Shown here in pieces: positions 1 to 9,800 of a DNA stretch of 64,000 nucleotides. The position numbers and the translations under genes are program-made. The DNA comes from an uncultured Verrucomicrobiae bacterium (GTDB lineage Bacteria; Verrucomicrobiota; Verrucomicrobiia; Limisphaerales; J093): positions 8,787 through 72,786 of the forward strand of contig CALFAV010000004.1 in NCBI GenBank assembly GCA_937946835.1, given 5' to 3'. Every line of letters starts with the position of its first letter. Positions within the stretch are counted from its first letter, which is position 1. The notes beneath the pieces were generated by a model that was not told the DNA's origin, searched no databases, and was given only the letters and a program-made list of their open reading frames with translations.

Positions 1-128
1 CCCGGGAGGTTTCGGCCGAATCAGATCAGAAGGAGGCACGTCTCGTGCCGGATAGGGCTTGCGTGCGTGCGGGCTTGGTTTCGGTTCAGCGAACCCGCCG
101 AACCGTCTGCCGGGCCGGAGAACTGCGG

Positions 129-1928
129 TTATGAGTTTGCGGACGCGGTTTCCGCCATCGGCTCTGGCTCAACCCACCGGCCGTGTTCCTTGATGAGGTC
201 CACCAGCCGGTCCACGGCCTCGGCCTCGGGGATGTTGAATTTCACCGGCGTCTTGCCCACGTAGAGGTTCACCTTGCCCGGCGCCCCGCCCACGTAGCCG
301 AAATGCGCATCGGCCATTTCGCCCGGGCCGTTCACGATGCAGCCCATGATGGCGATCTTCACGCCCTTGAGGTGTCGGGTGCGGGCCTTGATGCGTGCGG
401 TCACGGTCTGGAGGTTGAACAACGTGCGACCGCAACTGGGACAGGCGACGTAGTCGGTTTTGAACGACCGCACGCCGGCAGCCTGGAGGATGTTGTAGGC
501 CAGCCGCAGCGAGCGCTCCGGATCGTGCTCCCCGCGGACCAGCACGGCGTCCCCGATGCCATCGGCCAGCAGCGCGCCGAGGACCACCGAGGCCTGGAGC
601 AACGCCAGGTTTGGCGGCAGCGGTGGGTCGTCCAATGGCAGGCTGTCCTTGAGCAAAATCGGGTTGCGGCGGCCCAGTTGGTTCAGTCGCGCGGCCAGCA
701 GGCGAAACGCGGCGATCGCTGGCAGGTCCAGGCCGTCTTTGACCGTGACCAGGTGGGTGTCGCGTGGAATGGCGGCGGGGGAAATTTCCTCGCGCGGGTC
801 CAGTTCGAGCACGGGGAGGTCCTCGTACACGGCCTCGGGCCGGACGTCGTCCCGGGGGCGCAGCCGGGGCGCCACGCGCTCGAAGGTGGCGCGGGTCACC
901 ACCACCCGCACGGGTTCCTCAGCGCCGCAGGGCACGCCCGGGGCCAGCTCGATGATCGGCGTGGGTCGGCGTTGGAAGTTAAAGGGGTCGAACGGCAGGG
1001 GCAGCTCGGGCACGGGCTGGTGGTTGGCCAGCCGGGGCGTCAGGCGAATCAGGTCTTCGCACACCGGGATTTCATGCGGCGAGTCCTCGGTTAGGCTCAC
1101 TCGGATGGTGTCGCCCAGGCCCTCCACGAGCAGCGAGCCGATGCCGATGGCGGATTTGATGCGGCCGTCCTCGCCCTCGCCCGCCTCGGTTACGCCCAGG
1201 TGCAGCGGGTAATTCCAGTCCGGCCCCAGTTCGGCGAGCCGGGCGGCCAGCAGGCGGTAGCTCTGGATCATCACCTTCGGGTTGCTGGCCTTCATCGAGA
1301 ACACGAGGTGATGGAAGTCGTGCTTGCGGCAGATGCGGGCAAACTCGAGGGCGCTTTCCACCATGCCCTGCGGGGTGTCGCCGGAGCGGTTGAGGATGCG
1401 GTCGGAGAGCGAGCCGTGGTTGGTGCCGATGCGCAGGGCGCGGCCCAGCTCCTTGCAACGGAGGACCAGCGGGGTGAATCGCTCCTCCAGCCGCGCCAAC
1501 TCGGCGGCGTACTGGGCGTCGGTGTACTCCTTGACGACAAATTTCTTGCTGTCGGCGTAATTGCCGGGGTTGACACGCACCTTCTCCACCCACCGGGCGG
1601 CTTCGAGGGCGGCTTCGGGTTTGAAGTGGATGTCGGCCACGAGCGGCACGGGGCAACCGCGCCGGCGCAGTTCGCGCGCGATGTGCTCGAGGTTGGCGGC
1701 GTCCTTCACGGTGGGCGCGGTGATGCGCACCAGTTGGCAGCCGGCCTCGACCAGGGCCAGCGTCTCGCGCACACAGGCGGCGGTGTCCATCGTGTCGCAG
1801 GTGATCATGGACTGCTTCACCACCGGATGGTCGCCGCCGATGATCACCCCGCCGCGGGCCGGATCGCCCACCGTCACGGGACGGGTGGCGCGGCGGATGT
1901 GGCGGTACACGGAGGCGCAGTACTTCAT
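129..1928 (-). CDS. ispG: 4-hydroxy-3-methylbut-2-en-1-yl diphosphate synthase (IspG/GcpE), long form with inserted domain
   Basis: 599-aa ORF. The N-terminal block 'VTVGDPARGGVIIGGDHPVVKQSMITCDTMD...VRITAPT...VADIHF' and the C-terminal Fe-S block 'DYVACPSCGRTLFNL...IAIMGCIVNGPGEMADAHFGYVGG' are diagnostic of GcpE. TAA stop. The start overlaps the rseP stop (ATGA). Confidence 0.93.
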   Translation of the reverse strand: MKYCASVYRHIRRATRPVTVGDPARGGVIIGGDHPVVKQSMITCDTMDTAACVRETLALVEAGCQLVRITAPTVKDAANLEHIARELRRRGCPVPLVADIHFKPEAALEAARWVEKVRVNPGNYADSKKFVVKEYTDAQYAAELARLEERFTPLVLRCKELGRALRIGTNHGSLSDRILNRSGDTPQGMVESALEFARICRKHDFHHLVFSMKASNPKVMIQSYRLLAARLAELGPDWNYPLHLGVTEAGEGEDGRIKSAIGIGSLLVEGLGDTIRVSLTEDSPHEIPVCEDLIRLTPRLANHQPVPELPLPFDPFNFQRRPTPIIELAPGVPCGAEEPVRVVVTRATFERVAPRLRPRDDVRPEAVYEDLPVLELDPREEISPAAIPRDTHLVTVKDGLDLPAIAAFRLLAARLNQLGRRNPILLKDSLPLDDPPLPPNLALLQASVVLGALLADGIGDAVLVRGEHDPERSLRLAYNILQAAGVRSFKTDYVACPSCGRTLFNLQTVTARIKARTRHLKGVKIAIMGCIVNGPGEMADAHFGYVGGAPGKVNLYVGKTPVKFNIPEAEAVDRLVDLIKEHGRWVEPEPMAETASANS

Positions 1929-3337
1929 GGGCGGACGGGCGCGGGCGGCGCTCCGGGCGTGGGCGCCGGTTCGACCTGTTGAATCTCGGCCTGCCGGTCA
2001 AACAGGAGCCGGAACAGGGGGAGGCGCTTGAGGTCAAAGAAGGTCACGTAGAGGATGAAGCTGAGCAGGAGCATGGCGAAGCCGGTGGTGGTGTACTCGA
2101 CCACGCGCACGCTCAGCGGTCGGCCGCGCACCCATTCCACCAGGGCCATGAGGATGTGCCCGCCGTCGAGCACCGGGATGGGCAGCAGATTCAGAATGGC
2201 GAGGTTCAGGTTGAGGAGCACCAGGAAATTCAGGGCCAGGCGGTAGTCAATCGAGACCTGCGCCGCCAGAAAGGCAAAGATGCCCACCGGCCCGGACAGG
2301 TCCTTGGCGCCCACGCCCGTCTCCTTCGAGTGCAAGAGCGCCCCCAGGGTACCGACGGTGCGCTGCCACACCTCGCGGAAGTTTTCCCAGGGGGTGGGCC
2401 CGGGCCGGCGCACCTGGTACACCACCCGCTCGCTGCCCCCGATTTCCGCACCGATGAACCCCTTGCCCGTGGCGGGATTGATCCGGGGCGTGATGGTCAG
2501 GGTGACCTCGCGCTCGCCCCGCTGGATGACCAGTTCGGTCGCCTCGCCGGGACGCTGCTGGATCAACTTGATGAACTGCTCCCGCCCGGCGATCGGCACG
2601 CCGGCAAACGACCGCACCACGTCTCCCGGCTGCAAACCCACCGCCTCCGCCGCGCTGCCCGGCAGCACGCCGCGCACCACCGGATGCTCCTGCGGCTCCA
2701 GCGCCAGCATCTTCCAGCCCAGCTCGCGGTTGACCTTCGCGGTCAACGTCACCGTCTCCCGGCGCCCCTCCCGCTCGAAGGTCACGGCAAACACGTTGGT
2801 GCGGGACAACACCACCCGCTCGGTGACGTCCTCCCAGGAGCTGACCGGCTGGCCATTGACGGCCACGATGCGGTCGCCCGCCCGGAGGCCCGCGGCGTAT
2901 TCGGGGGAGTCTTCCGGCACGTGCCCGATGATGGCCGGGTTCACCGGCACCGGCAGGCCGGTGAAAAAAACCGCCACCGCCACGAGAAACGCAAACCCCA
3001 CATTCATCAGGGGACCCGCCACCGACACCAGGATTTTGGACAAGGGCGGCGCGGGCGGGGGCGGCGGCGCCCCGGATTTCCCGCCTTCCAGCGTCTCCGA
3101 GGTGATCATTTGCGGCAGGCGCACGAAGCCCCCGGCCGGAATCCAGCGCACCGAGTACTCGATGCCGTCCCGCACGCGGCTCCAGATGCGTGGGCCGAAC
3201 CCGATGGCGAAGGCCTCCACCTTCATCCCGCGCCAGCGGGCCACCAGGAAATGCCCCAGCTCGTGGACAAACACCGAGGCGCCAAACATCAACACCACGG
3301 CCGCGGCCACGTAAATCCAGAATAGAAAATCAACCAT
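1925..3337 (-). CDS. rseP: RIP site-2 zinc metalloprotease, M50 family (RseP-like)
   Basis: 470-aa ORF with 'HELGHFLVARW' (HExxH) in the first TM helix, central PDZ-like segments and the C-terminal 'LNLLPIPVLDGGHIL' motif. Sits directly upstream of ispG in the same operon. Confidence 0.9.
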   Translation of the reverse strand: MVDFLFWIYVAAAVVLMFGASVFVHELGHFLVARWRGMKVEAFAIGFGPRIWSRVRDGIEYSVRWIPAGGFVRLPQMITSETLEGGKSGAPPPPPAPPLSKILVSVAGPLMNVGFAFLVAVAVFFTGLPVPVNPAIIGHVPEDSPEYAAGLRAGDRIVAVNGQPVSSWEDVTERVVLSRTNVFAVTFEREGRRETVTLTAKVNRELGWKMLALEPQEHPVVRGVLPGSAAEAVGLQPGDVVRSFAGVPIAGREQFIKLIQQRPGEATELVIQRGEREVTLTITPRINPATGKGFIGAEIGGSERVVYQVRRPGPTPWENFREVWQRTVGTLGALLHSKETGVGAKDLSGPVGIFAFLAAQVSIDYRLALNFLVLLNLNLAILNLLPIPVLDGGHILMALVEWVRGRPLSVRVVEYTTTGFAMLLLSFILYVTFFDLKRLPLFRLLFDRQAEIQQVEPAPTPGAPPAPVRP

Positions 3338-3607
3338 GCTTGCAGCGGTGCCCCGGTGGCACAGCGGCCCAGTGTAGAACCCGCGTCGTTCCCCTGCAAC
3401 TGCGAGCCCTCCCCCGACCGCACCGCCCCGGCCGCCGGCCGTTGCTCGGTTTCTTGCACCTGGCTCGTGATTCCGGCTTTGCGGGCGCAGCGGCCGTCAT
3501 CCTGGCGGCCGCAGTGGGCGGCTCCCGACCGCCCGGGACAAGCTCACCCGCTACCAGGTCACCCGCCCGCCTGCCGAAAATTGAGACGCGCCCCCTGCCG
3601 TCGGCGG

Positions 3608-3690
3608 TTGCAATTCGTCCTGGACTTAGTTCAGTAGAAATGGTAATCGTTTAACAATCAACCAATAGTTGAACTAACAACAACATTGAC
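3608..3690. promoter_or_regulatory. AT-rich island in the rseP / giant-gene divergent intergenic region; probable promoter or operator region
   Basis: The stretch 'ttgcaattcgtcctggacttagttcagtagaaatggtaatcgtttaacaatcaaccaatagttgaactaacaacaacattgac' is strikingly AT-rich for this genome. It contains TTGCAA/TTAACA/TTGACC hexamers and the near-palindrome AGTTgAACT, and ends about 20 nt before ATG 3713. No specific -35/-10 assignment is secure. Confidence 0.35.
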
Positions 3691-3712
3691 CCTGCGCGGG
3701 CACACACGCGCC

Positions 3713-3865
3713 ATGCAACCGACCCTTCTTCGGTAAGTTTTTCCCGTGCTTCTCCTGGCCGGAACGCTCCGCGCCGCTGAGTTCACCTGGTCCGGCGCGG
3801 TTTCCTCGGATTGGTCCAACCCGGCCAACTGGACCCCGACCGGCGTGCCCGGACCGGCCGACTAG
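3713..3865 (+). other. Signal-peptide-encoding leader in frame with the giant ORF, interrupted by TAA (3734-3736) and ended by TAG (3863-3865)
   Basis: Same frame as 3893..15550. It reads M-Q-P-T-L-L-R-*-V-F-P-V-L-L-L-A-G-T-L-R-A-A-E-F-T-W-S-G-A-V-S-S-D-W-S-N-P-A-N-W-T-P-T-G-V-P-G-P-A-D-*, then V-I-Y-P-A-G-K-P-A-L-S-L-N-G. This is a Sec-type signal peptide followed by a Trp-rich opening motif. GTG 3746 is an alternative start for a 39-aa mini-ORF. Confidence 0.6.
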
Positions 3866-3892
3866 GTCATCTATCCCGCGGGAAAACCCGCT

Positions 3893-6800
3893 TTGAGCCT
3901 CAACGGAGCCCGTACCGTGGCCGGCTTCGCCCAGGCCGGCGGCGCGCTGGTCGGCCCCGGTCAGTTGACCGTGACCGGCAGTGGCACGTGGTCCGGCGGA
4001 ACCATTCGAGACAACTGCGTTTTGCTCATCCCGGCCGGGGCTTCCGGGACCATCACCGGTTCCGCCAGCCGGGCATTGGTGGGCGGCACGGTACGCGTGG
4101 CCGGCCTGGCCCGCTGGGAGGGCACGGCCAACATCGGGGCCGGGGAAGGTGCCCTGGTCGAAATTGTGCCCGGTGGGATTTTTGAACTTCGGAATGACGA
4201 GGGCTTTTACCACTCCTACGGCGGGGCCACGCCGAGCCTTCGCAATGCGGGTACGGTGCGCAAGCTGGAATCCACCGGCACCTCCAACTTGGGCGTCCCG
4301 TTTCACAACGAAGGCGAGCTCGTGGTGCTCAGCGGCACCTTGAGGCTGACTCGGGGCGGTTCCAGCTCCGGTCGCTTCCTGGCCACCGCGCCCGGGGTGC
4401 TCGAATTCGGAGACGGCACGCACGAGCTGTCGCCTGCCACCACCTGGCAGGGGAACGGCATCTTTCGGGTGACCAGCGGTACGGTCAACCTGGCGGGTAC
4501 CTGCGAATTGACAGGAAAAGCCGTCATCAGCGGGGGGACGCTTAACTTCACCGGGGCAAGCGCCAGTATCCTCAACTTGGAACTGGTTTCCGGCGAGCTC
4601 ACCGGCAACGGGCGGTTGGTGTTTGGGGACACGCTGAGCTGGAGCGGGGGGACGCTGCGCGGGACCGGGGAGGTGGTGATCCCGGCGGGGGGGCGGCTGG
4701 TGCTGAGCGGCAGCGCGGGGCGGACGCTGCGGGGCGGGCGCACGGTGCGGGTGGCGGGGGAGGCGGTCTGGGAGGGCAGCGGCAGTCTCAGCAGCGGGGA
4801 GGGGGCGCGGGTGGTGATTGAGCCGGGCGGGGTGTGGGTGCTGGGGACGGACGCGGACTTTTACTTCAACTGGGGTGGGGAGCGGACGGTGGTGCAGAAT
4901 GCGGGGCTGGTGCGCAAGAGCGGCGGCGGGGGGGTGAGCACCTTTGCCGGGGTGGCCTTGGCGAACGCCGGCACCCTGGCCGTGGACACGGGCATGTGCT
5001 CGTTCACGGGGCCTTTCACGCAGGAAACAGGCACGTTCCGGGTGGGGTTGCGTGACCCGACGGACCTCGGGCAAATCCGCATTCAGGGCACGGCGCCCTT
5101 GAACGGCACTTTCGTGGCGATTTGGCGCGAAGGATTCGTTCCGACCGTGGGGGCGACCTTCCCGGTCGTGCTTTATGGTGGTCGCAGCGGTGGGTTTACC
5201 AACTGGCAACTGCCGGCGTTGCCCGGCGGCCTGGCGTGGCGGGCGTCGTATCTGGCGGACCGCCTGCAACTCGAGGTCACGACCGCTCCGACCCCCACCG
5301 CCCAAATCCGGGGCACGGTCCGCAGCACCACGGGCAATTCCATCGCCGGGGCGCGCGTGTTTGCCTTTCGGCTTGATCCCCACCAGGTCCTGTCCCTGGA
5401 CACGGTGACCGACGCCTCCGGCGCCTATCGGCTGGGCGTGACCGATGGCACCTGGCAGGTGGGAGTGACGGGGTTGCCGGCGCTGGGTTTTCGCGAGGTG
5501 CCCAATCAAACCGTCGTCGTCAGCGGCGCCGACCAGGAAGTCCACTTCGTGACCGCCCCCCTGGCCGGTCAAAATTTCCTGGTCACGGTGCGTGTCCAAC
5601 CCGAGGCGGGCGGCTCGGTCAGCGGTGGGGGAACGTACCCGGAGGGCACGGAGGTGACCGTGAGGGCCACGCCCAGCCGCAGTCCGGTGCCGTATGTTTT
5701 CCTGAACTGGACGGAGGGCGGGGTGGAGGTTGGCCGGGAGCCGGCCTACACCTTCATGCTGACCCGCCACCGGGACCTGGTGGCCCACTTCGCCGTGGAA
5801 ACCTTCACGGTCACGGCCGCCAACGATCCGCCTGCGGGCGGCCGGGTCAGCGGCGCGGGGATTTTTGCCTACGGGGCGACCTGCACGTTGCGCGCCACGC
5901 CCAACTTCGGCTACCGCTTCGACCGTTGGACCGAGGAGGGCGCGGTCCTTAGCACCAACGCGGAGCTGAGCCTGGTGGTCCAGACCAACCGCACCCTGAT
6001 TGCGCACTACGCCGAGGCGCATCTGTGGCACACGGTCGCCACGGCCACGCAGCCGCCGAACCTGGCGCCGGTCAGCGGTGCCGACACGTACACCAACGGC
6101 CAAACCGCCACCTTCAACGCCCCGGCCGGCCTGACCGACGCGGTGAACCGCTACACCTTCAGCCACTACCTCTGGAACGGGGCTTGGCACACGAGCGCGA
6201 ACCCGTTCACCAAAGTCTTCGCCACCACCGACCCGACCAACGTGACGGTCACGGCGGTGTACCGGGTCCAAAGCCTGCAGCCGCGCGTGGTGGCCGTGGA
6301 GCCCGATCCCCCGGAGCCCGTCCCCGCAACCACCAACTTCACGCTCCGCATCCGCTTTGATCGTCCCATGCGTGGGGTGCCGGAGCCGGCCGTGGTGCTG
6401 AGCAACCGGGTCAACGGTCAGGCGCTGGCCTTCCCTCCGGGGGGCACGTGGGGCACCGGGTCAGTCTCGAACGACGTTTACCGAACCCCGCCGCTGGCCG
6501 TCACGCCCGCCCTCGATGGGACCAACGAGGTCTGGATTGCCGGAGCGCGCGACGTGTACGACTACGCGTTGCTGCCAACCAACGCGCTGCCTCTGGTGGT
6601 GGACGCCACCCCGCCGCAGATCAGCGCCCTGACCGCCGCGGCCGGTCCCCACCTGGCGGTGATCACCTGGGTGACCGACGAACCGGCCACCTCGCAGGTC
6701 GAGTATGGGGAAACCGGCGCTTACGGCCGGCTGACCCCCCTCAGCACTTCCCGCGTGACCGCCCACCGTGTCGAACTGAGCGGGTTGATGCCGGATCGGC

Positions 6801-9800
6801 GGTACCATTTTCGGGCGCGGAGCCGGGACCGGGCGGGCAATGAAACCGTTTCGGCCGAGGCGACCCTGACCACCGGCCCGGCGCCCGATCTTTCGATTGC
6901 TCGGCTTACCGTTGAACCGCCGGGCGACCTGACCAGCGGCATCCCGGTGGTGATTCGCTGGACGGTGACCAACTCGGGCCCGGGCGCGGTCACCGCCTCC
7001 TGGTACGACCGCGTGGTGGTGAGCAACGTCCCCCTGGGCGCGGTGCTTGGGGACACCCTGGTCTATCACGACCACGCCGCGCTGGGGCCCCTGCCCGGCG
7101 GCACGGCTCGTGAGCGCGAGCTGGCCTGGGTCCTGCCCGACGGGCCCTCGGGCGCCGGGTCGTTGGAATTTGCCGTGACAAGCGACGCGCTCGGCGCCGT
7201 GTTCGAGTGGAACCCCGCCGGCTCCGCCGAAACAAACAACCGCGCTGCACTAAGCCGCGTCAGCACCCTCGCGGCCTACCCGGATTTGGGGGTGACCGAC
7301 CTGGCGGTCAGCCCGGTCGCCCCGCGCTCAGGGCAGGAACTGACCCTGACCTGGCAAACGCGGAACTCGGGGACCGCACCGGTGATCGCGTCCTTTGTCG
7401 AGCGGCTCACCGTGCGCAACCTCGACACCGGCGAAACATTCTTTGCGGACCTGGTCCGCTACGACGCCGGCGCTGACGGCCCCATCCCCCCGGGCGGCAG
7501 CCGTGCCCGGCAGTTGTCCGTGCGCCTGCCCAATGGCCCGCGCGGCGTGGGCCGCTTGCAAATCGAGGTGCTCACCGACAGCCAGGACCACGTTTTCGAG
7601 TACAACGCCGCCGGCACCGGCCAGCTCAACAACACCGCCACGCGGGAAGTAACCGCCACGCTGGCCGCCTACCCCGATCTGGTCGTTACGGCCGTGACCG
7701 GTCCGACCGAGGGTCTGCCCGGACAGGAAATCCCGGTGGTTTGGTCCGTGGCCAATCTGGGCAACGCCCCGGCGGCAGGCACCTGGACCGACCAGGTCTT
7801 TTTGTCCGGTGACGCCCTCCCCGGCGGCGATCTCCTGCTGGGCAGCTTCGTTTTCACCGGCACCCTGCCGGTCGGGCAGACGCTGACCCGCACCCAGGCG
7901 GTGAGCCTGCCCGTGTTTGGCGCCGGGCCGCACCGGCTGCGGGTGCGCGCGGACGCGGGAAATGCCCTGTACGAACTGGACAAGACCAACAACCGGGGCG
8001 TGGCCCCGCTGCCGCTGAACCTGACGCCCAGCCTGGCGTTGCTGGTCTCGCCCGACCGCATTTCCGAAGGCGCGGGCGAAAACGCGGCCACCGGCCGGGT
8101 GCGCCGCAACACCCCTGCGACCGCGCCGCTAACCGTCGCGCTGGCCAGCAGCCACACCAACAAGGTCCGCGTGCCCGAGCAGGTGGTCATCCCGGCCGGC
8201 CGCAGTGAAGCCCCCTTCCCGGTGACCGCCGTGGACGACACCTGGGCCGCCGGCCCGGCGCCGGTCACGCTCACCGCTTCGGCACCCGGCCACGAGACCG
8301 CCACCACGACGCTGAGCGTGCAGGACGACGACCTGCCCCAACTGCTGCTGCGGGTCTCCCGGAGCCGGGTGGCCGAAGGTGAGGGGCCAACTGCCGCACT
8401 GGCCTACCTGACCCGCAACGGGACCACCAACCTCCCGCTGGTCGTCACGCTGTTCAGCGACCGCATCAACCACCTCGCGGCGCCGGCCACGGTCCGGCTC
8501 GAAGCCGGAGAGCGCCACCTGGTGTTCCCACTCGCCGCGGTGGACAACGCGGTCCTCGAGGGCACGGTCACCGTGCGCCTTCAGGCCACGGCGCCGGGTT
8601 ATCCCGCCGCTTCAGTGCGGGTGGAAGTGACCGACAACGACGCGCCCCTGCTGACCCTGGTCCCCAGCGTGACGCTCCTGGTCGAAGGCGGTCCCAGTCC
8701 GGCCGCCACGATCACGGTTACGCGCGACCCGGTGACCGACCGCCCGTTGACGCTGCGCCCGGGTACCGGCGGGCCGAGCGACCTGATTTACCCGCCCCAG
8801 GTCGTGATCGGCGCCCGCGAGGCTTCCGCCACCTTCGGGATTTCGGTGCGCGATGATGACCGCGTGAACGGCGCGCGGGAGATTCCGCTGCGGGTGGCGC
8901 CCCTGGCGGACAACGGCGCCGTGCTGGACGAGTACGCGGCCGAGGTTCGGTTCGAGGTGCTGGACAACGACGGCCCCTCCCTTTCCCTGCGGCTGGCCGG
9001 CGACGTCGTGCGCGAAGGTGACAGCCTCACGGCCACCCTCGCCCGCAACACCGATCCGGCCGCGCCGCTGACCGTAAGCCTGGCCAGCAGCGACCCGGGC
9101 GAGGCGCAGGTACCCGCCCGCGTGGTCATCCCCGCCGGCCGGCTCAGCACCGCGTTCCCGGTGACCGGCGTGCGAGACGGGGTGAGCGACGGCACGCAAC
9201 CGGTGTTGTTGACCGCCAGCGCGCCGGGTTTCAACCCCGCCACCGCCGCTCTGAATGTGACCGACCTGGACGTGCCGGATTTGCGCGTGGTCGAAATCCG
9301 CGCGCCGACCTCGGCGGTGGGCGGATCCGTTGTTCAAATTTCCTGGGTCATCACCAACGCCGGTCTGGCGGCCGCCTCCGGCGCGTGGTCCGACCGCGTG
9401 TACCTTTCCCGCGATGCCTACGCCGGCGGCGACACACCGGTGGGCGGCGTCACTTTCAACGGGTCCCTCGCGGCGGGCGGGACCTACGTCCGCTCCGCGT
9501 TCGTGACCCTGCCGGAAACGCCGCGGGAGCACTGGTTCGTCGTGGTCACGGACGCCGACAACGCCCTGGTCGAGGGCGCCGACCACAACAACACCGCGGT
9601 TTCGGCCGTGCCCGTGCGGGTTGAGCCGGCCTGGCGCGCCGTTGCCGAAACGGAGGTGGAGCTGGCCCCTTGCGGCACCCCCGTGCCCATTCGCGGCCGG
9701 GCGTGGTACGTGGCCGATCAATCGCCCGCGGCGGGGCGGCCGGTCGAGGTGCGCATTCGCACGGGCGCCGTGCGGCGCGTGCTGCGGGCGGTGGCCGACG

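Noticed and set aside
129-1928. IspG appears too long (599 aa versus about 370-400 in E. coli-type enzymes), which suggests a fusion or a mis-call.
   Set aside because: A long IspG form with an extra domain inserted between the TIM barrel and the Fe-S domain is well established in many bacterial lineages and in plastids. Both conserved halves are intact here.
3713-3865. A genome-wide stop-codon reassignment (TAA or TAG read as sense) as the explanation for the interrupted giant gene.
   Set aside because: Well-conserved genes in this window end where expected on TAA (ispG, the EF-P-like gene) and TAG (pheA, the giant gene itself). A global code change is therefore not supported. Only local explanations remain.
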